Below, piece after piece: positions 44,370 to 56,776 of a stretch of DNA of 64,000 nucleotides. Position 1 is the first letter of the stretch, and each line of letters opens with the position of its first letter. The notes under the pieces are model-generated. The model was not told the origin of the DNA. It did not search any database and worked only from the letters and a program-made list of their open reading frames with translations. Where the stretch lies: assembly GCF_988243305.1 (NCBI RefSeq), contig NZ_OZ547136.1. The stretch is one strand, 5' to 3'. Made by a program: the position numbers and the translations under genes.

Positions 44370-44867
44370 ATGCTGAAACCAGAAATGATTGAAAAACTTA
44401 ATGAGCAGATGAACCTGGAACTGTACTCTTCACTGCTTTATCAGCAAATGAGCGCCTGGTGCAGCTATCATACCTTCGAAGGTGCTGCCGCGTTCCTGCG
44501 CCGTCACGCCCAGGAAGAGATGATGCATATGCAGCGTCTGTTTGATTATCTGACTGATACCGGCAATTTACCGCGTATTAATACCGTTGAATCTCCGTTT
44601 GCTGAATATTCCTCACTTGATGAATTATTCCAGGAAACCTATAAACACGAACAATTAATCACGCAGAAAATTAACGAACTGGCTCATGCTGCAATGACCA
44701 ATCAGGACTACCCAACATTTAATTTCCTGCAATGGTATGTTTCTGAGCAGCATGAAGAAGAGAAACTGTTCAAATCGATTATTGATAAATTAAGTCTGGC
44801 AGGCAAAAGCGGCGAAGGTTTGTATTTTATCGACAAAGAACTCTCCACCCTCGACACACAAAACTAA
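44370..44867 (+). CDS. ftnA: Ferritin FtnA
   Basis: 165 aa from [15 protein letters not shown]. Confidence 0.9.
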   Translation: MLKPEMIEKLNEQMNLELYSSLLYQQMSAWCSYHTFEGAAAFLRRHAQEEMMHMQRLFDYLTDTGNLPRINTVESPFAEYSSLDELFQETYKHEQLITQKINELAHAAMTNQDYPTFNFLQWYVSEQHEEEKLFKSIIDKLSLAGKSGEGLYFIDKELSTLDTQN

Positions 44868-44904
44868 TGTTCTCCGGCGGCAGGTTTACTGCCGCCGTTT
44901 CAAA

Positions 44905-45144
44905 TCAGTGACGGCAAATCTTACTCTGATCGGTCGAAAAACCTTCTTCCGAAGGTATAAATTTGCCTTTTGCTGCCAGAAACGCTACCAGCTCTCCCGC
45001 TGTCATCCCTTCTGCCGAGCAAGTGTGAAAACGTGCCTGTTCACCAAAACGCGCTTTAATCGCAGCTTCCAGACTGGCATGCGTATATTGCTCACCTGAT
45101 TCAATCATCATATTTAACACTTCATGACCGTGAATAGAGTCCAT
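44905..45144 (-). CDS. yecH: YecH (DUF2492)
   Basis: 79-aa ORF. Confidence 0.8.
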   Translation of the reverse strand: MDSIHGHEVLNMMIESGEQYTHASLEAAIKARFGEQARFHTCSAEGMTAGELVAFLAAKGKFIPSEEGFSTDQSKICRH

Positions 45145-45334
45145 CGTTCCTCCTCAAAAAAAAGCTAGCGTAGCGATTGCCGCTTACCAAGACTTTGCGC
45201 CAGCGCAGGACTGAACGCATTTTATTGTACATTTATATTTACACCATATGTAACGCCGGTTTGACGAAGCAGCCGTTATGCCTTAACCTGCGCCGCAGAT
45301 ATCACTCATAAAGATCGTCAGGACAGAAGAAAGC

Positions 45335-46546
45335 GTGAAAAACAGAACTCTGGGAAGTGTTTTTATCGTGGCGGGAACCACAATTGGCGCAGGCATGCTG
45401 GCAATGCCGCTGGCTGCGGCAGGTGTTGGTTTTAGCGTCACGTTAATCTTGTTGATTGGGCTTTGGGGGTTGATGTGCTACACGGCGCTATTACTACTGG
45501 AGGTGTACCAGCATGTCCCGGCAGATACCGGTCTGGGCACGCTGGCAAAACGCTATCTGGGACGCTACGGTCAGTGGCTGACGGGCTTCAGTATGATGTT
45601 CTTAATGTATGCTCTGACTGCGGCATACATCAGCGGTGCTGGTGAATTGTTGGCCTCCAGCATCAGCGACTGGACAGGTATTTCAATGTCGGCAACCGCT
45701 GGCGTGCTGTTGTTCACTTTTGTTGCCGGTGGCGTGGTTTGTGTCGGAACTTCGCTGGTCGATTTATTTAACCGTTTTCTGTTCAGCGCCAAAATTATTT
45801 TTCTGGTGGTGATGCTGGTACTGCTACTTCCGCATATTCATAAGGTGAATCTTTTAACCCTGCCGTTGCAACAGGGGCTGGCACTGTCTGCAATCCCGGT
45901 GATTTTTACGTCGTTTGGTTTTCACGGTAGCGTGCCGAGCATTGTCAGTTATATGGATGGCAATATTCGTAAGCTACGCTGGGTGTTTATAACCGGTAGT
46001 GCGATCCCTCTGGTGGCATATATTTTCTGGCAGCTGGCGACGCTTGGCAGCATTGATTCAACAACCTTTATGGGATTGCTGGCTAATCATGCCGGATTAA
46101 ACGGGCTGTTACAGGCGTTACGCGAAATGGTGGCCTCTCCGCATGTTGAGCTGGCGGTGCATTTATTTGCTGATTTAGCCCTCGCCACGTCATTTCTCGG
46201 CGTTGCGTTAGGTTTATTTGATTATCTGGCAGATTTGTTTCAGCGTTCAAATACCGTTGGTGGACGATTGCAAACTGGTGCAATTACCTTTCTGCCGCCG
46301 TTAGCGTTTGCACTGTTTTATCCACGAGGATTTGTGATGGCGCTGGGTTACGCCGGTGTGGCGCTGGCGATACTGGCATTGATTATCCCTTCGCTGTTGA
46401 CCTGGCAAAGCAGAAAGCACAATCCTCAGGCGGGTTACCGGGTGAAAGGTGGTCGTCCGGCGCTGGTGGTGGTGTTTCTCTGTGGTATTGCTGTGATTGG
46501 CGTGCAATTTTTGATTGCGGCAGGCTTGTTACCAGAAGTGGGATGA
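45335..46546 (+). CDS. tyrP: Tyrosine-specific transporter TyrP
   Basis: 403-aa polytopic membrane protein; GTG start. Confidence 0.9.
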   Translation: MKNRTLGSVFIVAGTTIGAGMLAMPLAAAGVGFSVTLILLIGLWGLMCYTALLLLEVYQHVPADTGLGTLAKRYLGRYGQWLTGFSMMFLMYALTAAYISGAGELLASSISDWTGISMSATAGVLLFTFVAGGVVCVGTSLVDLFNRFLFSAKIIFLVVMLVLLLPHIHKVNLLTLPLQQGLALSAIPVIFTSFGFHGSVPSIVSYMDGNIRKLRWVFITGSAIPLVAYIFWQLATLGSIDSTTFMGLLANHAGLNGLLQALREMVASPHVELAVHLFADLALATSFLGVALGLFDYLADLFQRSNTVGGRLQTGAITFLPPLAFALFYPRGFVMALGYAGVALAILALIIPSLLTWQSRKHNPQAGYRVKGGRPALVVVFLCGIAVIGVQFLIAAGLLPEVG

Positions 46547-46595
46547 TTAGATCTTATTGGGTGCCAGAATTAACGCTGACACCCAATTTGACCTC

Positions 46596-47261
46596 TTAAT
46601 GCAGGCAGCACTGCTTAAATTTCTTACCACTGCCGCACGGACAAGGATCGTTACGACCCGGTTTCTCTTCTGCTTTGATCGGTTGCTGAACAGCTTTTTC
46701 CTGCGGATGCGCCATCCAGTATGCATGTAAATCAAGCGCCGCCAGTCGAATGGCATCTACGCTCTCTTCAAACGCTTCTGGCGACATCTTCTCTACCCGC
46801 TCGAAGTTTTCCTCAGTACCGTGCAGCGCAATCGCCTCCAGCGCCGGTTTTAACGAATCGGGCAACGTTGACCAGTCAGAAAGTGCCACGCCCCGCATAT
46901 AGCCAAAGCACCATTCCTCAACAATCGTCAGCTCGCTGCCATCGACTTCTCGCAAACCGAATAACGGCTCAAACTGCTCCGGGAATTCGTTCAGACGCTC
47001 TGCGGTATCGGCCATATGTTGAAAGGCCAGGTTCATAAAGCGCGTCATCTCTTTCTCTGATGCCCAGCGCGGCACATAGTCAGCCCCACCCCACACGGCA
47101 ACCAGCCACTGTGCCGGTTCAATCTCTTGCGGAGAACTCAACACCGCCGTCAATAAACCGTCCAGCTCCGCCACATCAAGAATGGCGTGGTCAGTGTTGT
47201 ATTTGGTCAGAATATCGTCCAGCCATTCCAACTCACTTTCGTTTAACGGTCCCGTTTTCAT
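46596..47261 (-). CDS. yecA: YecA (UPF0149, SEC-C motif)
   Basis: 221 aa ending [13 protein letters not shown]. Confidence 0.85.
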   Translation of the reverse strand: MKTGPLNESELEWLDDILTKYNTDHAILDVAELDGLLTAVLSSPQEIEPAQWLVAVWGGADYVPRWASEKEMTRFMNLAFQHMADTAERLNEFPEQFEPLFGLREVDGSELTIVEEWCFGYMRGVALSDWSTLPDSLKPALEAIALHGTEENFERVEKMSPEAFEESVDAIRLAALDLHAYWMAHPQEKAVQQPIKAEEKPGRNDPCPCGSGKKFKQCCLH

Positions 47262-47456
47262 ACGCTTTTCCTTGTGGATCTCAACTCGCCAGCACCTATC
47301 TTACATGTCGGTCCGTAACAGAGATACTTTTTGAGTGGCTTTGCCGGTGATTAAAAATTAAGGAGGGTGTAACGACAAGTTGCAGGCACAAAAAAACCAC
47401 CCGAAGGTGGTTTCACGACACTGCTTATTGCTTTGATTTTATTCTTATCTTTCCCA

Positions 47457-47543
47457 TGGTACCCGGAGCGGGACTTGAACCCGCACAGCGCGAACGCCGA
47501 GGGATTTTAAATCCCTTGTGTCTACCGATTCCACCATCCGGGC
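47457..47543 (-). tRNA. leuZ: tRNA-Leu (anticodon UAA)
   Basis: Reverse complement folds as 87-nt type II tRNA; matches E. coli tRNA-Leu as I recall it. Confidence 0.9.
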
Positions 47544-47555
47544 TCGGGAAGAAAG

Positions 47556-47629
47556 TGGAGGCGCGTTCCGGAGTCGAACCGGACTAGACGGATTTGCAAT
47601 CCGCTACATAACCGCTTTGTTAACGCGCC
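47556..47629 (-). tRNA. cysT: tRNA-Cys (anticodon GCA)
   Basis: 74-nt sequence with GCA anticodon, ends CCA. Confidence 0.9.
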
Positions 47630-47683
47630 AAATTCTTCAGGCCTTTCAGCCAGACATCCGCTTGACGCCGATGTCTTTTAAAC

Positions 47684-47759
<76 letters not shown>

Positions 47760-47910
47760 ATTCATCAAGCAATCAGTTAATCACTTGATTTTATTATCGT
47801 CTGGCAATCAGTGCCGCCGTTCGATGCGTTGCATTCTACTTACCTGGCGCGATGAGTCAACGATATTTTTCACCACTTTTGATCGTTTGCTGAAAATTGC
47901 GCCGAAACGA

Positions 47911-48459
47911 TCACTGATCAAGCAAATCTGCACGCGCAGCGCTCAAATATTGCAACATTGACCACAGAGTCAGTACCGCAGCCACAAAGAAAAGTGCAAT
48001 ACCGGCGTACTCAACCCAAATGTTCGGACGCCACAGCAGCCAGGCCAACGCCACCATCTGGGCAGTGGTTTTCACTTTCCCAATCCAGGAGACAGCCACG
48101 CTACTGCGTTTACCCAACTCCGCCATCCATTCACGTAGCGCAGAAATAATAATTTCACGGGCGATCATCGTTGCTGCCGGTAAGGTCACCCACCAGCTGT
48201 GATAATGCTCGGTTACCAGCACCATGGCGATAGCCACGAGAACTTTATCTGCCACAGGGTCAAGGAAAGCACCAAACCGGGTACTCTGGTTCCAGCGGCG
48301 TGCCAGAAAACCATCGAACCAGTCAGTCACCGCCGCGACGCAGAAAATGAGCGCGGCGGCAAACGGCGACCAGGTGACAGGCAGATAAAAGACCAATACA
48401 AAGAATGGGATAAGGATGACACGGAACAGTGTAAGCAACGTAGGGATATTAAATTGCAT
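47911..48459 (-). CDS. pgsA: CDP-diacylglycerol--glycerol-3-phosphate 3-phosphatidyltransferase PgsA
   Basis: 182 aa, CDP-alcohol phosphatidyltransferase motif. Confidence 0.9.
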
Positions 48460-48515
48460 AATGACGGGTAACTATCTGTTGTCAGTAAGATTACCCCTAT
48501 GTTGCTACAGAGACA

Positions 48516-50348
48516 TCAATGTTTCAACGACCAGAAGATCTTTTCTGCCAGACCTTGCGAAATACCCGGCACTTTTGCAATTTCCTCAACGCTGGCGTTA
48601 CGTAAACCTTGCAAACCGCCCATATATTTCAACAACATTTGCCGACGTTTTGGCCCGACGCCTTCAATGGTTTCCAGGGAACTGGTATTTTTGACCTTCG
48701 CCCGTTTCTTACGGTGCCCGCCAATCGCGTGATCGTGTGATTCATCGCGAATATGCTGGATAACATGCAGCGCGGGAGAATCTGGCGGCAAAATAAATCC
48801 CTCACCTTCCGGCTCAAAGAACAGCGTTTCCAGCCCAGCCTTACGATCTGCTCCTTTGGCAACGCCAAGAAGCAGCGGATGATTTTTATCCCATGAGACA
48901 TCCAGTTCGGCGAAGACATTTTTCGCCTGCGCAAGCTGGCCTTTGCCGCCGTCAATAAGGATCACATCCGGGATCTTACTGTCGTCGATGGCTTTACCAT
49001 AACGCCGACGCAGCACCTGATTCATCGCCGCATAATCATCGCCCGGCGTGATGCCAGTAATGTTATAGCGCCGATACTCCGCACGCAGCGGGCCGTTAGC
49101 ATCAAACACCACACAGGAAGCGACGGTTTGTTCACCCATGGTATGGCTGATGTCAAAGCACTCCATCCGCTTCACTTCCGGCAATTTCAACACGCTGGCA
49201 AGCGCGGTCAGTCGCTGGTGAACGGTAGATTGCTGCGAAAGTTTGCTGGTTAAGGCCGTCGCCGCATTGGTGCGCGCGAGTTTCAGATAACGCGCCCGAT
49301 CGCCGCGAGGTTTGGTTTGAACATTAATCTTGCGTCCCGCCAGTTCTGAAAGGGAATCGGCGAGCAGCGTTTTATCGCTAAGATTAAAATCGAGCAGGAT
49401 CTCACCCGGTAAGGTGCGCATCTGGCTGCCTTGTAAATAGAACTGACCTACGAAGGTTTCTACCACCTCGCTCAGTTCCGTACCGCCAGGCACTTTCGGG
49501 AAATAGCTGCGGCTGCCGAGCACTTTGCCCTGACGAATGAACAATACATGGACACAAGCCATTCCCGCATCGAACGCCACACCAATAACGTCGAGGTCGT
49601 CGCCGGTATTGGACACAAACTGTTTTTCGGTGACGCGTCGCACCGCCTGAATTTGGTCGCGAATACGTGCCGCTTCTTCAAACTCCAGATTCTGGCTGGC
49701 AGTTTCCATACGGCTAATGAGTTGCGTAAGCACCTGATCATCTTTGCCAGACAAAAACAGGCGCACATACTCGACCTGCTGAGCGTATTCTTCTTCACTC
49801 ACCAGTCCTTCAACGCACGGTCCCAGACAGCGCCCTATCTGATATTGCAGACACGGACGCGAGCGATTGCGATAAACACTATTTTCGCACTGGCGAATGG
49901 GGAATATCTTTTGCAGTAGCGCCAGTGTTTCACGTACGGCATAGCCATTCGGGAACGGGCCGAAATATTCACCTTTAGCATGCTTCGCACCACGATGCAT
50001 CGCCAGACGCGGATGGGTATCGCCACTCAGGAAGATAAAGGGATAAGATTTATCATCGCGTAGCAAAACGTTGTAACGCGGCTGATAGAGTTTGATGTAG
50101 TTGTGTTCCAGCAACAGCGCTTCGGTTTCTGTATGAGTAACCGTTACATCAATTTGCTGGATCTGGGCGACCAGCGCTTCGGTTTTGCGCGAAGCGAGGT
50201 TGCTACGGAAATAGCTGGAAAGCCGTTTTTTCAGGTCTTTCGCTTTGCCGACATAGATAACCGTACCACCAGCATCGTACATGCGATAAACGCCTGGCTG
50301 GCTGGTTACGGTTTTTAAAAACGCTTTTGCGTCAAACTGATCACTCAC
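48516..50348 (-). CDS. uvrC: Excinuclease ABC subunit C
   Basis: 610 aa with GIY-YIG N-terminus. Confidence 0.95.
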   Translation of the reverse strand: MSDQFDAKAFLKTVTSQPGVYRMYDAGGTVIYVGKAKDLKKRLSSYFRSNLASRKTEALVAQIQQIDVTVTHTETEALLLEHNYIKLYQPRYNVLLRDDKSYPFIFLSGDTHPRLAMHRGAKHAKGEYFGPFPNGYAVRETLALLQKIFPIRQCENSVYRNRSRPCLQYQIGRCLGPCVEGLVSEEEYAQQVEYVRLFLSGKDDQVLTQLISRMETASQNLEFEEAARIRDQIQAVRRVTEKQFVSNTGDDLDVIGVAFDAGMACVHVLFIRQGKVLGSRSYFPKVPGGTELSEVVETFVGQFYLQGSQMRTLPGEILLDFNLSDKTLLADSLSELAGRKINVQTKPRGDRARYLKLARTNAATALTSKLSQQSTVHQRLTALASVLKLPEVKRMECFDISHTMGEQTVASCVVFDANGPLRAEYRRYNITGITPGDDYAAMNQVLRRRYGKAIDDSKIPDVILIDGGKGQLAQAKNVFAELDVSWDKNHPLLLGVAKGADRKAGLETLFFEPEGEGFILPPDSPALHVIQHIRDESHDHAIGGHRKKRAKVKNTSSLETIEGVGPKRRQMLLKYMGGLQGLRNASVEEIAKVPGISQGLAEKIFWSLKH

Positions 50349-51001
50349 TGACTTGATAATGTCTCCGCATTACACAGACCATGGCGAATTGCCAGGTGAG
50401 TCAGCTCAACATCGCCATGAATGTTTAGTTTACTGAACATACGATAGCGGTAGCTGTTCACCGTTTTCGGACTGAGATTGAGCTGTTCTGAGATCTCATT
50501 GACCTTCTGGCCCTTGGTGATCATCAGCATAATCTGCAATTCACGTTCAGACAAACTGGCAAATGGGCTTTCTGTTTTTTCTGGTTCGATCTGGCTTAAC
50601 GCCATTTGTTGAGCGATGTCAGAAGCAATGTAACGCTGCCCTGAATAGACAGAACGGATCGCACTCACGACTTCCTGCGGAGCCGCGCCTTTGCTGAGGT
50701 AGCCAGCAGCACCGGCCTGCATGACTTTCGCTGGTAAAGGGTTTTCTGTATGGACGGTAAGCATGATGATTTTGACATCAGCTGTGGAACGCGCGATTTT
50801 ACGCGTCGCCTCAAGACCGCCAATGCCCGGCATACTCATGTCCATTAGCACCACGTCAACGGCATTTGCCCGGCACCACTTAACGGCGTCTTCACCGCAC
50901 GATGCCTCTCCGACGACTTTTATACCCTTTATATCTTCCAGAATGCGTCGTATCCCTGCGCGCACCAGTTCGTGGTCATCAACAAGTAGAACGTTGATCA
51001 A
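50345..51001 (-). CDS. uvrY: Response regulator UvrY
   Basis: 218 aa receiver plus LuxR HTH. Confidence 0.95.
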   Translation of the reverse strand: MINVLLVDDHELVRAGIRRILEDIKGIKVVGEASCGEDAVKWCRANAVDVVLMDMSMPGIGGLEATRKIARSTADVKIIMLTVHTENPLPAKVMQAGAAGYLSKGAAPQEVVSAIRSVYSGQRYIASDIAQQMALSQIEPEKTESPFASLSERELQIMLMITKGQKVNEISEQLNLSPKTVNSYRYRMFSKLNIHGDVELTHLAIRHGLCNAETLSSQ

Positions 51002-51459
51002 AGGAATATCTCCAGAAATAGGGATAACGCTACTGATAGTTAGTCATTCGTATATTAGCGGTTTTTATTGCAACTTTGAAACGTTAAAAATGGTGGGTAT
51101 TCGATTTTTCTCTCGTTTTTGTAAATTCGATTGTCCACAGTTATGGTCACGCCCGTCACCAACGGCTTCTGGGATCGTTTCACAGTAAGCCCTACGATGA
51201 AATGTGACAAAAATTGACTTTATTCAGCAAAAATGAAAATCAGCCCGCTGAATATGTAACATTAATTAACCCGAACAATACGGGCAAAAAACATTCATGA
51301 TAAAAATATTTATTGGTCATTATATTAACGTATTTTATAGCACTGCCGATATCACGCTCAAAAAACAACCACTGCTATTTTTAGCAAAGCTTATGGTATA
51401 CTCCGCCGCCTTAACATTTTTCACCGCAAATTTTCATTGCAACATGACGAGGAAAATAA

Positions 51460-51684
51460 ATGAGTACGCCTGATTTTTCTACTGCCGAGAATAATCAAGA
51501 ACTGGCAAATGAAGTCTCCTGCCTGAAAGCGATGCTGACGCTGATGCTGCAGGCGATGGGACAAGCTGACGCGGGCCGCGTGATGTTAAAGATGGAAAAA
51601 CAGCTTGCGCTGATCGAAGACGAAACCCAGGCTGCAGTATTTTCCAAAACGGTTAAGCAAATTAAACAAGCCTACCGTCAGTAA
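51460..51684 (+). CDS. yecF: YecF (DUF2594)
   Basis: 74-aa ORF. Confidence 0.8.
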
Positions 51685-51751
51685 TATAAAACCGGCTGAG
51701 AGCGTGCCTTTCAGCCGGTTTTTGCATCTGGCACGCAGAACAGAAAAGAGA

Positions 51752-52474
51752 TCAAATTAAGCCAGTAGCGGCCGCGTAACAGGCCACCTGGGTCTTATTT
51801 GGTGCATTGATTTTTTTCTGCATGTTTTTCTGATGGAAATTGACCGTATTCTCAGAGATTGACAAAATCATCGCTATCTCTGCTGATGTCTTCCCTTCCG
51901 CCGTCCATTTCAAAATTTCTTTTTCGCGCTTGCTGAAATTCATCTCTGGCGTCATCACTATTTCATCATTTAAACGCATCAGAGCCATCAGACTTTCGCG
52001 CACCAGTAACTGCATTTTTAATTGCAGTTCATCACTAAGAATGGGTATTTCGCGCGTGCTGCAACGGGAAAAGGACAAAAAGCCCAGCGCCCGATTTGGC
52101 AGCATTAAATACTGAGTGACACCGCGGCGTAAACCATGCGCGCGCGCGGCTTCCCATAACGGCTGAGCTTCGCTGAATAAGTCATCATTCCACATTAAAT
52201 GGCCCTGACTAAAGTTTTCAGGGTTCAGCACCGGATCAATTGCGAGAAAGTTTTTTGCCTGATAATAACTAACCCACGCCTCAGGGTAATTGGTGTAGAA
52301 AGCCACTTTAGGTCGCGTGAATGGTACCGGGTGGCGAACACATAACGAATAGTAGTCGTACTCCAGCTGCTGAGCCTGAAGCTCTATTTCATGGTAGACC
52401 TCTTCTGCGGCCTCCATCCTCTGAAAACGCAACAGCATCGTGCGACGCCAGCTGAAAAAATCCGTATCCTGCAT
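51752..52474 (-). CDS. sdiA: LuxR-type quorum-sensing regulator SdiA
   Basis: 240 aa from MQDTDFFSWRR. Confidence 0.9.
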   Translation of the reverse strand: MQDTDFFSWRRTMLLRFQRMEAAEEVYHEIELQAQQLEYDYYSLCVRHPVPFTRPKVAFYTNYPEAWVSYYQAKNFLAIDPVLNPENFSQGHLMWNDDLFSEAQPLWEAARAHGLRRGVTQYLMLPNRALGFLSFSRCSTREIPILSDELQLKMQLLVRESLMALMRLNDEIVMTPEMNFSKREKEILKWTAEGKTSAEIAMILSISENTVNFHQKNMQKKINAPNKTQVACYAAATGLI

Positions 52475-52519
52475 AGTAAACCGCAACGCCCCTGAGAGTG
52501 AGTATCATTTATAATGATA

Positions 52520-52699
52520 ATTCAAACTATCACATAAATAAGATTTATATATAATTTATATTATTCAGGCAATGAATTACTTTTGCAAGCCATCGCATTC
52601 TCTTATGTTATTAATGAGTTATGCTGATTTATTAAGCACTTTTATTACGCTTGAAATGGCGTCCCGCCCCGACAGGTGAATCGTCGGGGCTGATTTTTT
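52520..52699 (+). ncRNA. sdsN: Candidate sRNA (SdsN-like) in sdiA-tcyN intergenic region; 5' end not determined
   Basis: Strong +-strand intrinsic terminator with no upstream +-strand CDS; location matches my recollection of the SdsN sRNAs next to sdiA. Confidence 0.3.
52667..52699 (+). terminator. Rho-independent terminator (+ strand)
   Basis: CCCCGAC-loop-GTCGGGG then TGATTTTTT. Confidence 0.5.
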
Positions 52700-52703
52700 C
52701 TTA

Positions 52704-53456
52704 TTATTGCAGCAGAAACTTCTCGAGGAACTGGCGGGTGCGAGGCTGCTCGGGATCTGCAAATAACGCTTTTGCGGCCCCCTGCTCGACTATCCGCCCC
52801 TGGTCCATAAAGATCGCCCGGTCCGCAACATCCCGGGCAAAGCTCATTTCGTGCGTCACAATCACCATCGTGCGCTTTTCCTGCGCCAGCTGGCGGATGG
52901 TGTTCAGGACTTCGCCCACCAGCTCTGGATCCAGCGCCGACGTTGGCTCGTCAAACAAAATCACTTCAGGACGCATAGCCAGCGCTCGCGCAATCGCGAC
53001 ACGCTGCTGTTGACCGCCAGACAAACGACGTGGATAGCTGGTTTCTTTACCTGCCAGCCCAACTTTCGCCAACAGCTCGCGAGCGCGCACCGTGGCCTCT
53101 TCTTTCGGTTCGCCTTTGACGATCACCGGCCCTTCAATAATGTTCTCCAGCACCGTACGATGCGGAAACAAATTAAAGTTCTGGAAGACAAACCCGACGT
53201 GCTGACGCAACTGGCGAATCAGCGATTTTTGCTGACTTAATGAACGTGCAGTATCAATAGTGATATCGCCAACGGTGATGGTTCCCGCTTCCGGTTGTTC
53301 CAGCAGATTTATGCTGCGTAGCAACGTGGTTTTGCCGGAACCACTCGGACCGATAATTGCCACTACTTCGCCAGGCTTTACCTCGAGGTCGATACCGTGC
53401 AGCACCGTCTGACCGTGAAATTTTTTCACCAGGTTCTTAACTTCAATGGCACTCAT
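52704..53456 (-). CDS. tcyN: Cystine ABC transporter ATPase TcyN (YecC)
   Basis: 250 aa with Walker A GPSGSGKTT. Confidence 0.9.
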   Translation of the reverse strand: MSAIEVKNLVKKFHGQTVLHGIDLEVKPGEVVAIIGPSGSGKTTLLRSINLLEQPEAGTITVGDITIDTARSLSQQKSLIRQLRQHVGFVFQNFNLFPHRTVLENIIEGPVIVKGEPKEEATVRARELLAKVGLAGKETSYPRRLSGGQQQRVAIARALAMRPEVILFDEPTSALDPELVGEVLNTIRQLAQEKRTMVIVTHEMSFARDVADRAIFMDQGRIVEQGAAKALFADPEQPRTRQFLEKFLLQ

Positions 53457-54121
53457 TTTGGTTCTCTCTCCTGGCGATTAAGTTGATTCTCAAAATGGTT
53501 CTGCAACGTCGATAACACTGTCGCCATGATCCAGTAGATGAGCGAAGCCGCCAGATACATGGTGAACACCTCCAGCGTACGCGAGGTAATCAACTGCGCC
53601 TGACGGAACAGCTCCGGCACCTGGATTGTCGCGGCCAGCGACGTATCTTTTACCAGGCTGATAAAGCTGTTCGACAGCGGCGGCAACGCCACCCGCGCCG
53701 CCTGTGGCAAAATCGCGCGACGCATGGTCTGCCATGGCGTCATACCAATACTGGCAGCAGCTTCCCACTGACCTTTATCAATAGAAGAAATGGCGGCGCG
53801 CAGCGTTTCGGCAGCATAGGCGGCAGTGTTTAGCGACAGACCAATCATTGCTGACGGAATGGGATCTAGTTCGATGCCAAACTGCGGCAGGCCGTAATAG
53901 ATCATAAACAGTTGTGCGATGAGTGGCGTACCACGAAAAATAGAGATATAAAAACGCGCCAGCCAGCGCACGGGCCAGATTGGTGAAAGGCGCATCAGCG
54001 CGAGAATAAACCCTAGCAGTAAGCCAAAAAACATGCCGCCGATACTGAGTTGCAGCGTATACCCAGCCCCTTTCAGCAGGAACGGCAAGGAATCAATAAC
54101 CAGTTGTATACTTTCTTGCAT
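53453..54121 (-). CDS. tcyL: Cystine ABC transporter permease TcyL (YecS)
   Basis: 222-aa membrane protein. Confidence 0.9.
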   Translation of the reverse strand: MQESIQLVIDSLPFLLKGAGYTLQLSIGGMFFGLLLGFILALMRLSPIWPVRWLARFYISIFRGTPLIAQLFMIYYGLPQFGIELDPIPSAMIGLSLNTAAYAAETLRAAISSIDKGQWEAAASIGMTPWQTMRRAILPQAARVALPPLSNSFISLVKDTSLAATIQVPELFRQAQLITSRTLEVFTMYLAASLIYWIMATVLSTLQNHFENQLNRQEREPK

Positions 54122-54135
54122 GAGCGTTTCCGGAG

Positions 54136-55288
<1,153 letters not shown>

Positions 55289-55487
55289 GACAGGATTTCC
55301 TTGTGTATGTGGGGTGCTCTGTGGCGCTCTGAGATGTGATTTGATTGAGGGTTTTACAGCGCGGACATTTAACTTCCAGATAACTGAAGCTGGCTCGTGC
55401 CAGTAGCTTGTTACAATGTCGGCACCGTATGTTTCGATACATGGCCGCATAACCTCCTGCTTTGTTGTTGATATCTTTATCACTCAA

Positions 55488-55508
55488 TCGATCGACAAAA
55501 ACGATCGA
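55488..55508 (-). promoter_or_regulatory. Paired GATC sites upstream of com-mom
   Basis: GATC at 55490-55493 and 55503-55506, about 50-65 bp upstream of the com start. Confidence 0.35.
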
Positions 55509-55698
55509 TTTGATTTATTTAATTGATACAACAAATAACACGAAATGTCATTAGCGAAAATTTATGAGTTTGATCACTAATTTTAAACGGTGCTGTAACG
55601 CATAAGTGCTGAATGATTGTACATTTGAATACCGCAAAGCAAACAAATCAACTAATTTATAGAAGTCAATTGGTTAATTGCCAGCGTAAGAGGCTGCT

Positions 55699-55992
55699 AT
55701 GGACAATCATGTAACGACGAGAAATCGAAAAATGATTGAAAATGCGGAAATCTATAATGATTATTTTTCCGATTATTCAGATGCCTGCAAATACAGTTCG
55801 AGTGCGGGAGAGTTCATATGCTTCAACTTTTTTATTAAATCTTATGTTTTTCCTCCACAGCAAGAAGATGGAGGTGTGCCACCTCCTGAAATCACTTTGC
55901 ACCGTATAGCCTCCGTCTCAATGATGGAGCAACAGGCTAATGAGCTGTATAGCATTCTGGGAACGATTCTACAAAAGCGTGAATCGGACTAA
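55699..55992 (+). CDS. Hypothetical protein (97 aa), opposite strand, AT-rich
   Basis: ORF with AAGAGG SD; low-GC context. Confidence 0.35.
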   Translation: MDNHVTTRNRKMIENAEIYNDYFSDYSDACKYSSSAGEFICFNFFIKSYVFPPQQEDGGVPPPEITLHRIASVSMMEQQANELYSILGTILQKRESD

Positions 55993-56159
55993 TGATACCG
56001 GTTCATTTGCCTGCCCGGATGGGGAAGCAGGATTGACTGCTCCATAAGCAGCTATATTTCTGAATACGAAATACTATCCAGCGATTACATATGGCTGGAT
56101 AGCGGCAAAGATGTTTTCATTAGTGTCAAACCGGCAGAGGACACCACCGGTTTGTATTG

Positions 56160-56414
56160 TTACATCATGGTACTGTCAGTTCCGGGCTGAGCCGGGTCTG
56201 GTTGCTCTGGCTGCGCGTCGGTTTTCGGCTCATTATCAGCATCACTGGCCGCAACTGCTGGCCCAATAAGTTTTGCCAGCACTTCATCAACGTAAGTGTC
56301 GATTTGTGCCTCAAAATCCTTGCGGACCTGCGCTTTCAGCAACTTATTTACTTCACCGGAATACAGTGCCTGTTTTACCAGGTCTTCAGTGACGGTGCCT
56401 TTAATTTCTGGCAT
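56160..56414 (-). CDS. Hypothetical small protein (84 aa)
   Basis: AGGAGG SD with 6-nt spacer; acidic proline-rich C-terminus. Confidence 0.5.
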   Translation of the reverse strand: MPEIKGTVTEDLVKQALYSGEVNKLLKAQVRKDFEAQIDTYVDEVLAKLIGPAVAASDADNEPKTDAQPEQPDPAQPGTDSTMM

Positions 56415-56449
56415 GTATATCCTCCTTATGCGGGAATAAAGCCCTGCAA

Positions 56450-56632
56450 TCAGGGCTGGGTCGGGTCTTTTGGGAGCGGAGTTACCTGCGCTGTTTTACT
56501 GAGTTTTTCAGCTGCTGCGTCCTCAATTTTGCGGCGAACATAATTTCTGATGGCCTTATAACCACCACTCACCAGATATAACGCACATACTGCCGTGCAG
56601 AAATACAATAAAATAAGCTGTAAAAATGTCAT
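56450..56632 (-). CDS. Hypothetical small membrane protein (60 aa)
   Basis: ATG 56632 with GGGAGGG SD; one predicted TM helix; hairpin at 56441-56456 overlapping stop. Confidence 0.45.
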   Translation of the reverse strand: MTFLQLILLYFCTAVCALYLVSGGYKAIRNYVRRKIEDAAAEKLSKTAQVTPLPKDPTQP

Positions 56633-56776
56633 TATCCCTCCCAATTATTGACATGGTGTTGACACCGGTAATATCTGTTAGGTAAAAAGGTGCACTGCAT
56701 TTTTTGCTTTGGATATAACGATCTTTTTGCCGCCGGTTTCTTGTTTTCCCTTACCGGCGGCATTTTTTTATCCTGC

